Assembly: GCA_035544435.1 (NCBI GenBank)
Contig: DATKFB010000113.1
Coordinates: 1-30,148 of the forward strand
Direction of reading: 5' to 3'
DNA: 30,148 nucleotides
Origin: Polyangia bacterium
GTDB taxonomy: Bacteria > Myxococcota_A > Polyangia > Fen-1088
Part shown: positions 17,633-25,747 of the stretch, in pieces
Numbering within the stretch: position 1 is the stretch's first letter
Layout: each line of letters begins with the position of its first letter
The notes under the pieces: model-generated
What the model saw: only the letters and a program-made list of their open reading frames with translations
Told to the model about the DNA's origin: nothing
The model's database searches: none
Translations under genes and position numbers: made by a program

Positions 17633-17814
17633 CTGTCCTTTTGGTTGGTCACGCTCGAGCGCGAGGGGAGCCCACCTGCACCCACCTCAGGACGGCGGCC
17701 TGACGGTAAAGAATCAATCGATACTGTAACGCCGTCGCCGATGGGGGAAGATCGTCGGGTAGTCAACCTCACTTGACGCGTTCGGGCGTTCGAACGCGCG
17801 GAGGGAAGCCCATC

Positions 17815-19578
17815 GTGAGATCTCGTCGACTTCTTTCCGCGCTCTTCGTCGTCTTCGTGGCCGCCGCCTGCGAAGTGGACACGGCGCCGGCCCCCGAGCT
17901 CGAGGCCGTGGCGCAGCCGCTTTCGATCCAGAAGGCGTACCCGCGCAAGATCTACGTCCACATGATGCCGTGGTTCCAGGTGGGCGGCCAGCACTGGTCG
18001 ATGAACTCCCGCAACAGCGCCACCGGCATCGCGTCTTGGTATGCGCCGATGATCGGCGAGTACAGCTCTAGTGACGCCAACGTCATCGAGTACCAGCTGT
18101 TGACGATGAAGTACGCGGGCATCGACGGCGTGCTCGTGGACTGGCCGGGCCTGAGCGGCGCGTTCGACCTGCCGATGAACAAGGCCGCCTCCGACGCCAT
18201 CATCAACCGCACAGCGGCCTTCGGCCTCGAGTTCGGCGTCGTCTACGAGGATCAGAACGCCGCCTCGGTCGACGCCGCGAAGAACGACATGTCCTACGTC
18301 CGCGACACCTTCTTCTCGAAGGCCAATCAGATGAAGGTCAACGGGCGGCCGGCGGTGCTGGTCTTCGGCCCGCAGAAGTTCACCAACGCGGGCGACTGGA
18401 CCAACATTCTGTCGGTCTTCCCGACGAAGCCCGCCTTCTTCACGCTTTGGTACAACAATTCCGCCGGAGGCAGCGCCGACGGCCAGTTTGCCTGGATTGC
18501 CCAGAACGGGCTCAAGGGCGTTTCCGATTTCGACAACGGGCTCGACGGCGGCAACCACGGGCTCATGATCCCCATCCTCTATCCCGGGTTCAATCCCTAC
18601 TACGCGGCCGGTGGTTGGCCGGGACCCACCTGGAAGATCTCGTACACCCTCAAGCAGGACAACACGGAAGGCGGGGACACGTTCCAGTCGACCTTCAAGC
18701 TCGGCGAATACGCTGGCGATCCACTGCAGATCGCCACCTGGAATGATTACGGCGAAGGGACGATGATCGAGCCGACCAATCAGTTCCAGTACCGGTTCCT
18801 CATGACGCTGCAACAGAGCGTCGGCGCGGTCTACACGGACGCGGAGCTCAAGATCGTGAAGATGCTCTTCGACCAGCGCAAGCAGTTCGGCGCGTCGAAG
18901 CAGGCCCAGCTCGATCAGGCGTCCGCGGCGCTGGCCAACCTAGACGTCGCCACCGCGTGCGGCATCCTCGGCTGCACGGTGCCCGTGCACGCGGGCGCCG
19001 GCGGCGCGAGCGGCTCGTCGGGCTCGACCGGCTCGTCAGGCTCGACCGGCGCGGCCGGCTCCAAGACGACGGGCACCGGCGGCTCGACGGGTGCCGCGGG
19101 CGCGGTCGGGGCGGGCGGGTCGACGACGGGCCCGGCCGGCCGCGGCGGTTCCTCGGGCGCCGGGGGCGTACCCGCGGGCACCGGCGGCACCTCTTTAGGC
19201 GCCGGCCAGGCCGGCACGGGCGGCGCCGGCCATGCCGGCCACGGCGCCACGGGCGGATGCAGCCTGGGCGGCGCCGACGGCACGCGCGCGGCCCCGCTGT
19301 TCTTCGTGGCCGGCGCGCTGGCCTTATCCTCGAGACGGCGCAGGCGGCACGCGCGCGCGCTGACGCTGACGCGCCCCTCGCTCGACCTCGCGCAGACCTC
19401 GTACACCGAAGACGCCCAGGTCCTGCTAGACGTATTGGTATGGAGCCAGCAGATGCTCTCGCCGAGCGTCTCTCATCGGACGCGGCCTTCGACCGCGTCT
19501 ACGACCGGAGGATCCGCGCGCTCTCGGGGCAGCACTGGACGCCCGTGGCCGTGGCGGCCCGAGCCGCCGACCTCCTGA
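17815..19578 (+). CDS. Glycoside hydrolase family 71/99-like protein with Gly-rich linker and MYXO-CTERM-like tail; true end probably about 19363
   Basis: GTG 17815 after GGAGGG. Lipobox VAAAC. IYVHMMPWF, MKYAGIDGVLVDW, TWNDYGEGTMIEP. Tail GGCS...hydrophobic...RRRRR, then read-through that overlaps the next gene by 139 nt. Confidence 0.82.
   Translation: MRSRRLLSALFVVFVAAACEVDTAPAPELEAVAQPLSIQKAYPRKIYVHMMPWFQVGGQHWSMNSRNSATGIASWYAPMIGEYSSSDANVIEYQLLTMKYAGIDGVLVDWPGLSGAFDLPMNKAASDAIINRTAAFGLEFGVVYEDQNAASVDAAKNDMSYVRDTFFSKANQMKVNGRPAVLVFGPQKFTNAGDWTNILSVFPTKPAFFTLWYNNSAGGSADGQFAWIAQNGLKGVSDFDNGLDGGNHGLMIPILYPGFNPYYAAGGWPGPTWKISYTLKQDNTEGGDTFQSTFKLGEYAGDPLQIATWNDYGEGTMIEPTNQFQYRFLMTLQQSVGAVYTDAELKIVKMLFDQRKQFGASKQAQLDQASAALANLDVATACGILGCTVPVHAGAGGASGSSGSTGSSGSTGAAGSKTTGTGGSTGAAGAVGAGGSTTGPAGRGGSSGAGGVPAGTGGTSLGAGQAGTGGAGHAGHGATGGCSLGGADGTRAAPLFFVAGALALSSRRRRRHARALTLTRPSLDLAQTSYTEDAQVLLDVLVWSQQMLSPSVSHRTRPSTASTTGGSARSRGSTGRPWPWRPEPPTS
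19012..19047 (+). repeat. In-frame 9-nt tandem repeat x4 (GSS/GST)
   Basis: ggctcgtcg ggctcgacc ggctcgtca ggctcgacc. Confidence 0.8.
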
Positions 19579-20042
19579 CGAGGGCGGGCGCCACCAGAAT
19601 CCTCGACGTCGGCGCCGGCGTCGGCAAGTTTTGCATCGTCGGCGCGCTCTCCACGGCGGCCGAGTTCGTGGGCGTCGAGCGGCGCGAGGGGCTGGTGCAG
19701 GTGGCGCGACGGGCGGCGGCGCAGTTGGGCTCGACGCGCGCAACCTTCGTCCACGCGAACATGGACTCCTTCTCCTTCGACGGCTTCGAGGGCGTCTACC
19801 TCTACAACCCGTTCTACGAACAGATCAGCAAGTTCCTCCCGCTCATCGATCGCGATGTCGGACGTTCGGTCGCCGCGCACAGATATTTCGTGCGCACGAC
19901 GATCGAGAAGCTGCTCGCCGCCTCGCCCCCGCTCCTGGTCACGGCCTATCACGGCTTCGGCGGAGCGATGCCGCCGGAATTCGAGCGCATGGGCGCCGAG
20001 CCGGCGGGCAACGATCAGTTGGAGATGTGGATCAAACGCTGA
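19440..20042 (+). CDS. Class I SAM-dependent methyltransferase
   Basis: ATG 19440 in the frame of track ORF 18957. FDRVY...HWTPVAVA, ILDVGAGVGKF, VGVERR, YLYNPF. Confidence 0.85.
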   Translation: MEPADALAERLSSDAAFDRVYDRRIRALSGQHWTPVAVAARAADLLTRAGATRILDVGAGVGKFCIVGALSTAAEFVGVERREGLVQVARRAAAQLGSTRATFVHANMDSFSFDGFEGVYLYNPFYEQISKFLPLIDRDVGRSVAAHRYFVRTTIEKLLAASPPLLVTAYHGFGGAMPPEFERMGAEPAGNDQLEMWIKR

Positions 20043-20072
20043 GCCGGCGCTTCGCCCCGGCGACCTGCCCGG

Positions 20073-21400
20073 TCAGACCGCGAGCGCCGCGATCTCGGCG
20101 ACGGTGCGATCGACCTCCTCGGGCGTGTTGAGCAGGCTCGGCGTCAAGCGCGCGTACGACGGAGCGTAGGGCGTGTCGCTCGCCACGATCTTGCGCGCCA
20201 GCAGACGCTTGACGACCTCTTCGGGCGCGAGGCCCGCGACCTCGAAGCACACGAGGCCGGCGGAGAGGGCCTGCGCGCGCGGCGTGCGCAGCTTGACCTT
20301 GGGCAGCTTCGCCAGGCCGTCCTTGCAGCGCTCGGCCAGCTCGTGGATGCGGGCGGTGATGCGCGCCCGACCGATGCGCTCGTGAAAACGGAACGCCTCG
20401 TGCAAGGCCCAGCGGTGATCGTAGGACTGAAGCCGCCGGGCGATGTGCGCGGCCCCGCGGGAACGGCGTCGGGTGGCTCGCCGCGCATCCACGCCTTGAG
20501 AGCGCCCCAGTCGAAGCACGGGATGATGCCGGCGTTGCCCTTCCAGGCTTCCGCGCGGCCCCACACGATGCCCGTGCCGCGAGGCCCGAAGATCCACTTG
20601 TGGCAGCCCGCGACGAGGAAGTCGCACCCGAGGTCGCCGACGGTCTCTCGTTCGACGCCGAAGGCGTGCACGCCGTCTACGCACAGGAGGACGCGATCGT
20701 CGGCGTCGCGGCGCCGATTGAGGTCGCCGAGCGCGTCGCTCATCTTGCGGATGGGCAGCTTCACGCCCGTCGACGAGTGCACCCAGGTCACGGCGACGGC
20801 GCGCGTGTGCGGGCGGACCGCCTTGACGAGGTTGCCGACGATCTCGTCCTCGGAGGCCTTCTCAGGCACGGCGTAGAGCGGAATCTTGCGAACGGCGGCG
20901 CCCGTGTGCAGCGCGCGCAGGCGCAGCGATTCGTGCGTCACGTAGTGATCGTGCGTCGTCGTCAGGATCTCCTGGTCCTTGCGGAGCGGCAGGCCGCCGT
21001 AGAGCAGGGCCAGCCCCGTCGTCGTGTTGCCGGTGAGCGCGATCTCGTCGGCGGCACCCCCCACGTAGGAGGCCGCCGCGGCGCGCGCCTCGCGCTCGCA
21101 GCGCTCCATGTTCTCGTGGAGGTAGAGCACGGGGTTCGCGTCGAACCCGCGACGGTGCTGCTCGATGGCGTCACGCACGGGCTTCGGATGCGAGGCGAAG
21201 AGCAACATCGCCATGTGGATGTGGTCGCGCGACAGCGAGAACTGATCGCGCACGGCCGCCCACGTCGAAAGAGAGACGTCCGTCTCCGCGACGCCCGGCT
21301 TGGCGGACGCCGGCGGGCTCGCCGCGGCCGTCCGCGCTGAGGTCGCGGCCCCGAGCACCGCACTTGCCCTCACGAGGAAATCGCGGCGCTGCATCGTCAT
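20073..21400 (-). pseudogene. Tat-exported class V PLP-dependent aminotransferase-fold enzyme (PvdN-like), one frameshift (real or sequencing error)
   Basis: ATG 21400 after AAAGGT. RRDFL Tat motif. SHPKPVRDAI, IALTGNTTTGL, TWVHSSTGVKLPI, VDGVHAFG, AGCHKWIFGPRGTG (PLP Lys). The C-terminus (SYDHRWAL...RLTPSLLNT) is in another frame; one added C at about 20429 (TTC CAG) joins them. Confidence 0.85.
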
Positions 21401-21427
21401 GAAGACCTTTCTACGATCGTCGGGGCT

Positions 21428-21456
21428 TTCGCACAAACGCGGAGGCGCAGTATGGT
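21428..21456 (+). promoter_or_regulatory. Sigma70-like promoter, probably leaderless
   Basis: TTCGCA 21428-21433, 17-nt spacer, TATGGT 21451-21456, ATG 6 nt later. Confidence 0.5.
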
Positions 21457-21462
21457 CGCGCC

Positions 21463-22614
21463 ATGCATCCTCCGGCGGCGCTGGCCTTGGGTCTCATCCT
21501 CTTGACGGCGCCCGTGCAGCCGGGGGCGAGCGACACGCCGCACCGGCGCGCCATCGTCGTCGACACGCACGCCGACACGACGCAAGCGATCGTCTACGGC
21601 GGCGTCGACATCACGCGCGCGCAACCGGACCTGCAGGTCGATCTGGTTAAGGCGGCGGCCGGCGGGCTCGACGCGCAGTTCTTCTCGATCTTCGTGCTGC
21701 CCATGAGGTTCCAGCGCGACGACTTCTACACCGAGGCCGTGCGCCAGCTCGACGGTCTCGCGCGCCTCGCGCAGGCGAATCCGGGGCGCCTGAGGCTCGC
21801 GCGCACCGCCGCCGACGTGCGCGCCAATGCCAAGGCTGGTGTCATGAGCATGTTGTGGGGCGTCGAGGGCGGCCACGCGTTGTGGCCGGGCGACGAGAAG
21901 GCCCAGCTCGGCCACCTCCGCGAGCTCGCCGCGCGCGGCGTGCGGTACATGACGCTGACCTGGTCCAACAGCAACGACATCGGCGGCTCGTCGGGCGACG
22001 ACGGCGAGATCCGTGGGCTGACCCCGTTCGGGCGGCAGGTGATCGCGGAGATGAACCGCCTCGGCGTGATCGTCGACGTCTCGCACGTCTCCGACGCAAC
22101 CTTTTGGGACGCCGTTCGGCTCAGCGACAAACCGGTGCTGGCCTCGCACTCCTCGTCGCGCGCTCTCGCCAACGTGCCGCGCAACATGACGGACGCCATG
22201 TTGAAGGCCGTGGCCAAGAACGGCGGCGCCGTGTGCGTGAACTACGGTTCGGCCTTCCTCGACGCCTCCTACGGCGAGAAGGAGGCGCCCATCTGGAAGA
22301 AGAAGCGCACGGGCGCCGACGTGGACATCTGGCGGCAGATCCGCGCCGACGCCGCCAAGGTCTCTCCGCCCGTCCCGCTCGCGCGCCTCGTCGACCACAT
22401 CGAGCACGTAGCCAAGATCGCGGGCGTCGACCACACCTGCCTCGGCAGCGACTTCGACGGCATGCCCTCGACGCCCGTCGGCATGGAGGATGCGAGCAAG
22501 CTGCCGGCCATCACTGCGGCGCTGCTGGCGCGCGGGTTCTCGGCGGGCGACGTCGAGAAGATCCTTGGCGAAAACGTCCTGCGCGTCATGGAGGCCAACG
22601 AGGCGCGGCGGTAG
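21463..22614 (+). CDS. Membrane dipeptidase family (peptidase M19), secreted
   Basis: Signal peptide. VDTHADT, GVEGGH, RYMTLTWS, MNRLGVIVDVSHVSD, SHSS, LGSDFDG, KILGENVLRV. Confidence 0.92.
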   Translation: MHPPAALALGLILLTAPVQPGASDTPHRRAIVVDTHADTTQAIVYGGVDITRAQPDLQVDLVKAAAGGLDAQFFSIFVLPMRFQRDDFYTEAVRQLDGLARLAQANPGRLRLARTAADVRANAKAGVMSMLWGVEGGHALWPGDEKAQLGHLRELAARGVRYMTLTWSNSNDIGGSSGDDGEIRGLTPFGRQVIAEMNRLGVIVDVSHVSDATFWDAVRLSDKPVLASHSSSRALANVPRNMTDAMLKAVAKNGGAVCVNYGSAFLDASYGEKEAPIWKKKRTGADVDIWRQIRADAAKVSPPVPLARLVDHIEHVAKIAGVDHTCLGSDFDGMPSTPVGMEDASKLPAITAALLARGFSAGDVEKILGENVLRVMEANEARR

Positions 22615-22622
22615 GACGAGCC

Positions 22623-22654
22623 CGGGCCGGGGCAGCCTGCGCCGCCCCGGCCCG
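22623..22654. terminator. GC-rich hairpin between convergent genes; possible bidirectional terminator
   Basis: CGGGCCGGGGC-N10-GCCCCGGCCCG, 11-bp stem. No U-tract. Confidence 0.45.
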
Positions 22655-22676
22655 ACATCGTCGCTCTGAGGTCGCG

Positions 22677-23597
22677 CTACCGCGAGGCGCTGTGCTCCCT
22701 CTTGGCGGCCGCGGCGGCGCCCTTGACGAGGCGGTCGATGTCCTTGCGGAACTGCGTCTCGTCGACCTGCATCCCGTTGAGCATCGTGCTGAGGTCGCGC
22801 GTCAGCGACGCCATCGCGATCGCCTCGGTGATCTCGGCGTCGGTCGCCCCATTGAGCTTGGCGAACTCGGTGTGCGCGATGATGCAGAAGCGGCACGGCA
22901 CCTGCGACGCGACGGCCAGGCCCATGAGCTCCTTGTACTTGCCCGAGACCGCCGTCGCGGGGCTGAGCTGGACGTCGCGCATCTGGCGCCACGCGCCGGC
23001 GCGGGCCACGTCGGGGAAGCGCTTGAGGAACTCGGGCGCGTAGCCCAGCATCTGCGTGGCCTCGGCGAGCGCCGACTGACCGTCGACGACGCTGATCGGC
23101 TTGCCCGCGGGCGTCTTGTTGGCGGCGGCCTGCTTGACGTTCGCGACGATCTTGGCGATCTCGCCGCGGAACTTCGTCTCGTCGGTCTGGATGCCGTTCA
23201 GAAACGTGCTCCAGTGACGGGTCATGGCCGCCATGGCGACCGCTTCGCCGATCTCCGTCTCGCTGGCGCCGTTGAGCTTGGCGAACTCCGTGTGCGCGTA
23301 GATGCAGTAGCGGCAGGGGATCTGCGCCGCGACGGCCAGGCCCGTGAGCTCCTTGGCGCGCCCCGGCAACGCCGTGCCCGGGTTGAGCTGCAGCGACTTC
23401 ATCTCGTCCCAGGCGCCCGGCAGCGCCTCCTCGGGAAATTTCAGGAAGAACTGAGGCACGAAGCCCAGCGTCTTCGCGATGTCGGCGCGCGCGGCGGCGG
23501 CGCCGCTGGCCTTGGCGCCCTCGGCGCGGGCGCTCGCCGAAACGCCCAGCAGCAAGAGAGCAACGGCGGCATTGAGGAGCTTGTTCTTGGTGTTCAT
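22677..23597 (-). CDS. Secreted tandem carboxymuconolactone decarboxylase/AhpD-like protein
   Basis: RBS AAGGA. Signal peptide ending ASARA. Two repeats 140 aa apart, each with KEL.GLAVA.Q.PCxxC..AH (CRYC, CRFC). Confidence 0.88.
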   Translation of the reverse strand: MNTKNKLLNAAVALLLLGVSASARAEGAKASGAAAARADIAKTLGFVPQFFLKFPEEALPGAWDEMKSLQLNPGTALPGRAKELTGLAVAAQIPCRYCIYAHTEFAKLNGASETEIGEAVAMAAMTRHWSTFLNGIQTDETKFRGEIAKIVANVKQAAANKTPAGKPISVVDGQSALAEATQMLGYAPEFLKRFPDVARAGAWRQMRDVQLSPATAVSGKYKELMGLAVASQVPCRFCIIAHTEFAKLNGATDAEITEAIAMASLTRDLSTMLNGMQVDETQFRKDIDRLVKGAAAAAKREHSASR

Positions 23598-23711
23598 GGT
23601 GATTTCCTTCCCTTGGGGTTGTCGTTCGCGCGTTACGGGAAGAAGATGAGCGCCGCCCGTTGAATCGAGCGTTTGAGTGAGCGTGGTAAATCAGCCCAGG
23701 AGGCAGCCGCC

Positions 23712-23966
23712 GTGGCCGAAGTCGTCATCGTCGAACAGAGCTTCGATCCGCCCCTGACCGACGAGGAGCACAGCCGTATCGGCAAGCTCATTGACCGCTG
23801 CGCCGGGATGCGCAACGCGACCTGGATGCGCAGCTACCTCTCGGCGGATCGCCGGCGCATGTTCTGCGAGTTCGAGGCGCCGGACGCCCAGTCGGTGCGG
23901 GAGTCTTACCGCAGCGCGGGCGTGCCGTTTCAGGCCGTTTGGAGCGCCTACCTCTACAAACGCTGA
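23712..23966 (+). CDS. DUF4242-family (nickel-binding protein-like) small protein
   Basis: GTG 23712 after AGGAGG. IVEQSF, WMRSYLSADRRRMFCEFEAPDAQSVRE...AGVPFQAVW. Confidence 0.8.
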   Translation: MAEVVIVEQSFDPPLTDEEHSRIGKLIDRCAGMRNATWMRSYLSADRRRMFCEFEAPDAQSVRESYRSAGVPFQAVWSAYLYKR

Positions 23967-24289
23967 GGGGGCTCTGCCGGCAGCGCCGCGAGCGCGCCCT
24001 CGAGCTCGCCGCGCGCGTGAGCGTCGCCCGCCTTCGCGCACGCGTCGAGGCCGCGCGCGTACACCGCCCTCGCCTCCTCCGTCCGCCCGAGAGCGAGGGC
24101 CGTATTGCCGGCGTGGAGGTACGCCGCCGTGTACGTCGGGTGCTTCTCCATGAGCGCCTCGAACGCCGCCCAGGCCTCCGCGAGCTGCCCCGCGTTCTTG
24201 TGCTCGAGCGCGAGCCCGTACTGCGGGAACGGATCGCTCGGACGGTTTGCGATGAACGCCCTCAGAAGCTCGATGCGCGACGGCGGCAC
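23954..24289 (-). CDS. Tetratricopeptide repeat protein
   Basis: GTG 24289: MPPSRIELLRAF..DPFPQYGLALEHK..YTAAYLHAGNTALALGRTEEARAVYARG. Confidence 0.85.
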   Translation of the reverse strand: MPPSRIELLRAFIANRPSDPFPQYGLALEHKNAGQLAEAWAAFEALMEKHPTYTAAYLHAGNTALALGRTEEARAVYARGLDACAKAGDAHARGELEGALAALPAEPPQRL

Positions 24290-24296
24290 GAAGTCG

Positions 24297-24698
24297 TCAG
24301 ACCGTATGCAGGCGGCGTTGCGGGCCCGGCACTTCGTCGTCGATGCCTGCCACGATGCGGTTCGCGGCGTCGACGTGGACGACGACCGGGCGCCAGGCGC
24401 GCGCCTCGGCCTCGTCGGCGGCCTCGGCGAACGTCGCAATGATGACGATGTCCCCGGGCCTGGCGTGATGAGCCGCGGCGCCGTTCACGCAGATGACCCC
24501 CGAGTCGGCCGGTCCCTCGAGCGCGTAGGTCTCGAGGCGGCTGCCGTTGCTCCGGTTCCAGATGTGGACCTTCTCGTAGGGCACGATGTCGGCCGCGCGC
24601 ATGAGCGTCGCGTCGATGGTGACCGAGCCTTCGTAGTCCAGATCCGCCTGCGTCACGGTCGCGCGGTGGATCTTCGAGCGGAAAAGGGTCCGGCGCAT
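24297..24698 (-). CDS. panD: Aspartate 1-decarboxylase
   Basis: ATG 24698 after [27 protein letters not shown] (Gly-Ser cleavage site), [24 protein letters not shown]. Confidence 0.97.
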   Translation of the reverse strand: MRRTLFRSKIHRATVTQADLDYEGSVTIDATLMRAADIVPYEKVHIWNRSNGSRLETYALEGPADSGVICVNGAAAHHARPGDIVIIATFAEAADEAEARAWRPVVVHVDAANRIVAGIDDEVPGPQRRLHTV

Positions 24699-24811
24699 TT
24701 GAGCCTCCGTCCCGGCCGAGGTCTTCGGTCCAGGCAGTTGCACCGAGAAGAATACGAACCCGCGCCGGCCAAGTCAAACCATCGCGCCAACAAGGCACGT
24801 CGCCGGTCGAC

Positions 24812-24858
24812 GGAGGTTGACGCCTCCCCTCGAATCCCGCACGCTGAGAAACAGCGTG
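24812..24858 (+). promoter_or_regulatory. Candidate DUF429 promoter framed by two inverted repeats
   Basis: GGAGG-TTGACG-CCTCC 24812-24827. CACGCTG-AGAAA-CAGCGTG 24840-24858, which includes a weak -10 (CACGCT, 17-nt spacer) and the GTG start. Confidence 0.4.
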
Positions 24859-25722
24859 AAACCGCGACATTTCAACCACGTCGTCGGCGTGGACCTGGGC
24901 GGAGGCAAGGGCAAGAAGACCGCCCTCGCCACTCTGCGCGTCGACTCCGCGGGCGCGACCGTCGTCGAGATCGCGCCGCGCGAGGGCGAGCGGCCGTTCT
25001 ACGATACGACCCTCGTAGAGACAATCCGCCAATTCGGCGACGGGACGCTGCTGTGCCTCGACGCGCCCCTGACGCTGCCGCCGTGCCTGCGCTGCACCGT
25101 GGCCGTGTGTCCCGGCCAGGAGGCGTGCGTCGATCCGGCCGTCATCGCCATGCGCGCGATCGTCGCCGAGGCCGGCGTCGCCGATCCGGATCTCGTGGGC
25201 GGCCGCAACGCCCGGCGCGGCAAGCCGTCGGTGACGCCGTACACGCAGCGGGCGACCGAGCTCTACCTCGCGCACCGCATCGGCATCGTGCCGCGCGAGG
25301 CGATGGGCCAGGGCACGGGTCCTCTCGCGGCGCGCGCCGCACACCTGGCCCGCGCCCTCGCGGATCGCTTCACGCTGAACGAGACGCTGCTCGAGGTCTA
25401 TCCAAAGGGCACGCTCGCAGCGCTGGGTTTTTCGCGTCCCTACAAAAAGCACCTTCACGAGCGCGAGACCCGCGCGCACATCCTCGAGGCGCTCGCGGGC
25501 GACCTGCGCTTCGGGCCCGGCGTGTGGCGCGAGCTCTGCGTGCAGAGCGACCACCTGTTCGAGGCCGTCATCTGCGCGTACACGGGCTATCTGTGGGCGC
25601 GCGACGCGTGGACCGCGCCGGCCGCGCACGAGGGGCTCGTCGCGGGCGGCTGGATCTGGACGCCACCGGCTCGCGAACCAGCGCTCGTCGAACCTTCCCT
25701 CGTCGCGACGGCCGAAGGCTAA
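24856..25722 (+). CDS. DUF429 domain protein (predicted RNase H-like nuclease)
   Basis: VGVDLGG, CLDAP, LEVYP, FEAVICAYTG, GWIW. GTG 24856 is preferred over TTG 24817. Confidence 0.85.
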   Translation: MKPRHFNHVVGVDLGGGKGKKTALATLRVDSAGATVVEIAPREGERPFYDTTLVETIRQFGDGTLLCLDAPLTLPPCLRCTVAVCPGQEACVDPAVIAMRAIVAEAGVADPDLVGGRNARRGKPSVTPYTQRATELYLAHRIGIVPREAMGQGTGPLAARAAHLARALADRFTLNETLLEVYPKGTLAALGFSRPYKKHLHERETRAHILEALAGDLRFGPGVWRELCVQSDHLFEAVICAYTGYLWARDAWTAPAAHEGLVAGGWIWTPPAREPALVEPSLVATAEG

Positions 25723-25747
25723 TGCGCGCCGGCTGACGCCGCGGCGT

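Noticed and set aside
4335-20042. Accessory region as a prophage, ICE or transposon
   Set aside because: No integrase, transposase, phage gene, tRNA target or flanking direct repeats were found. Only TA remnants and pseudogenes suggest plasticity.
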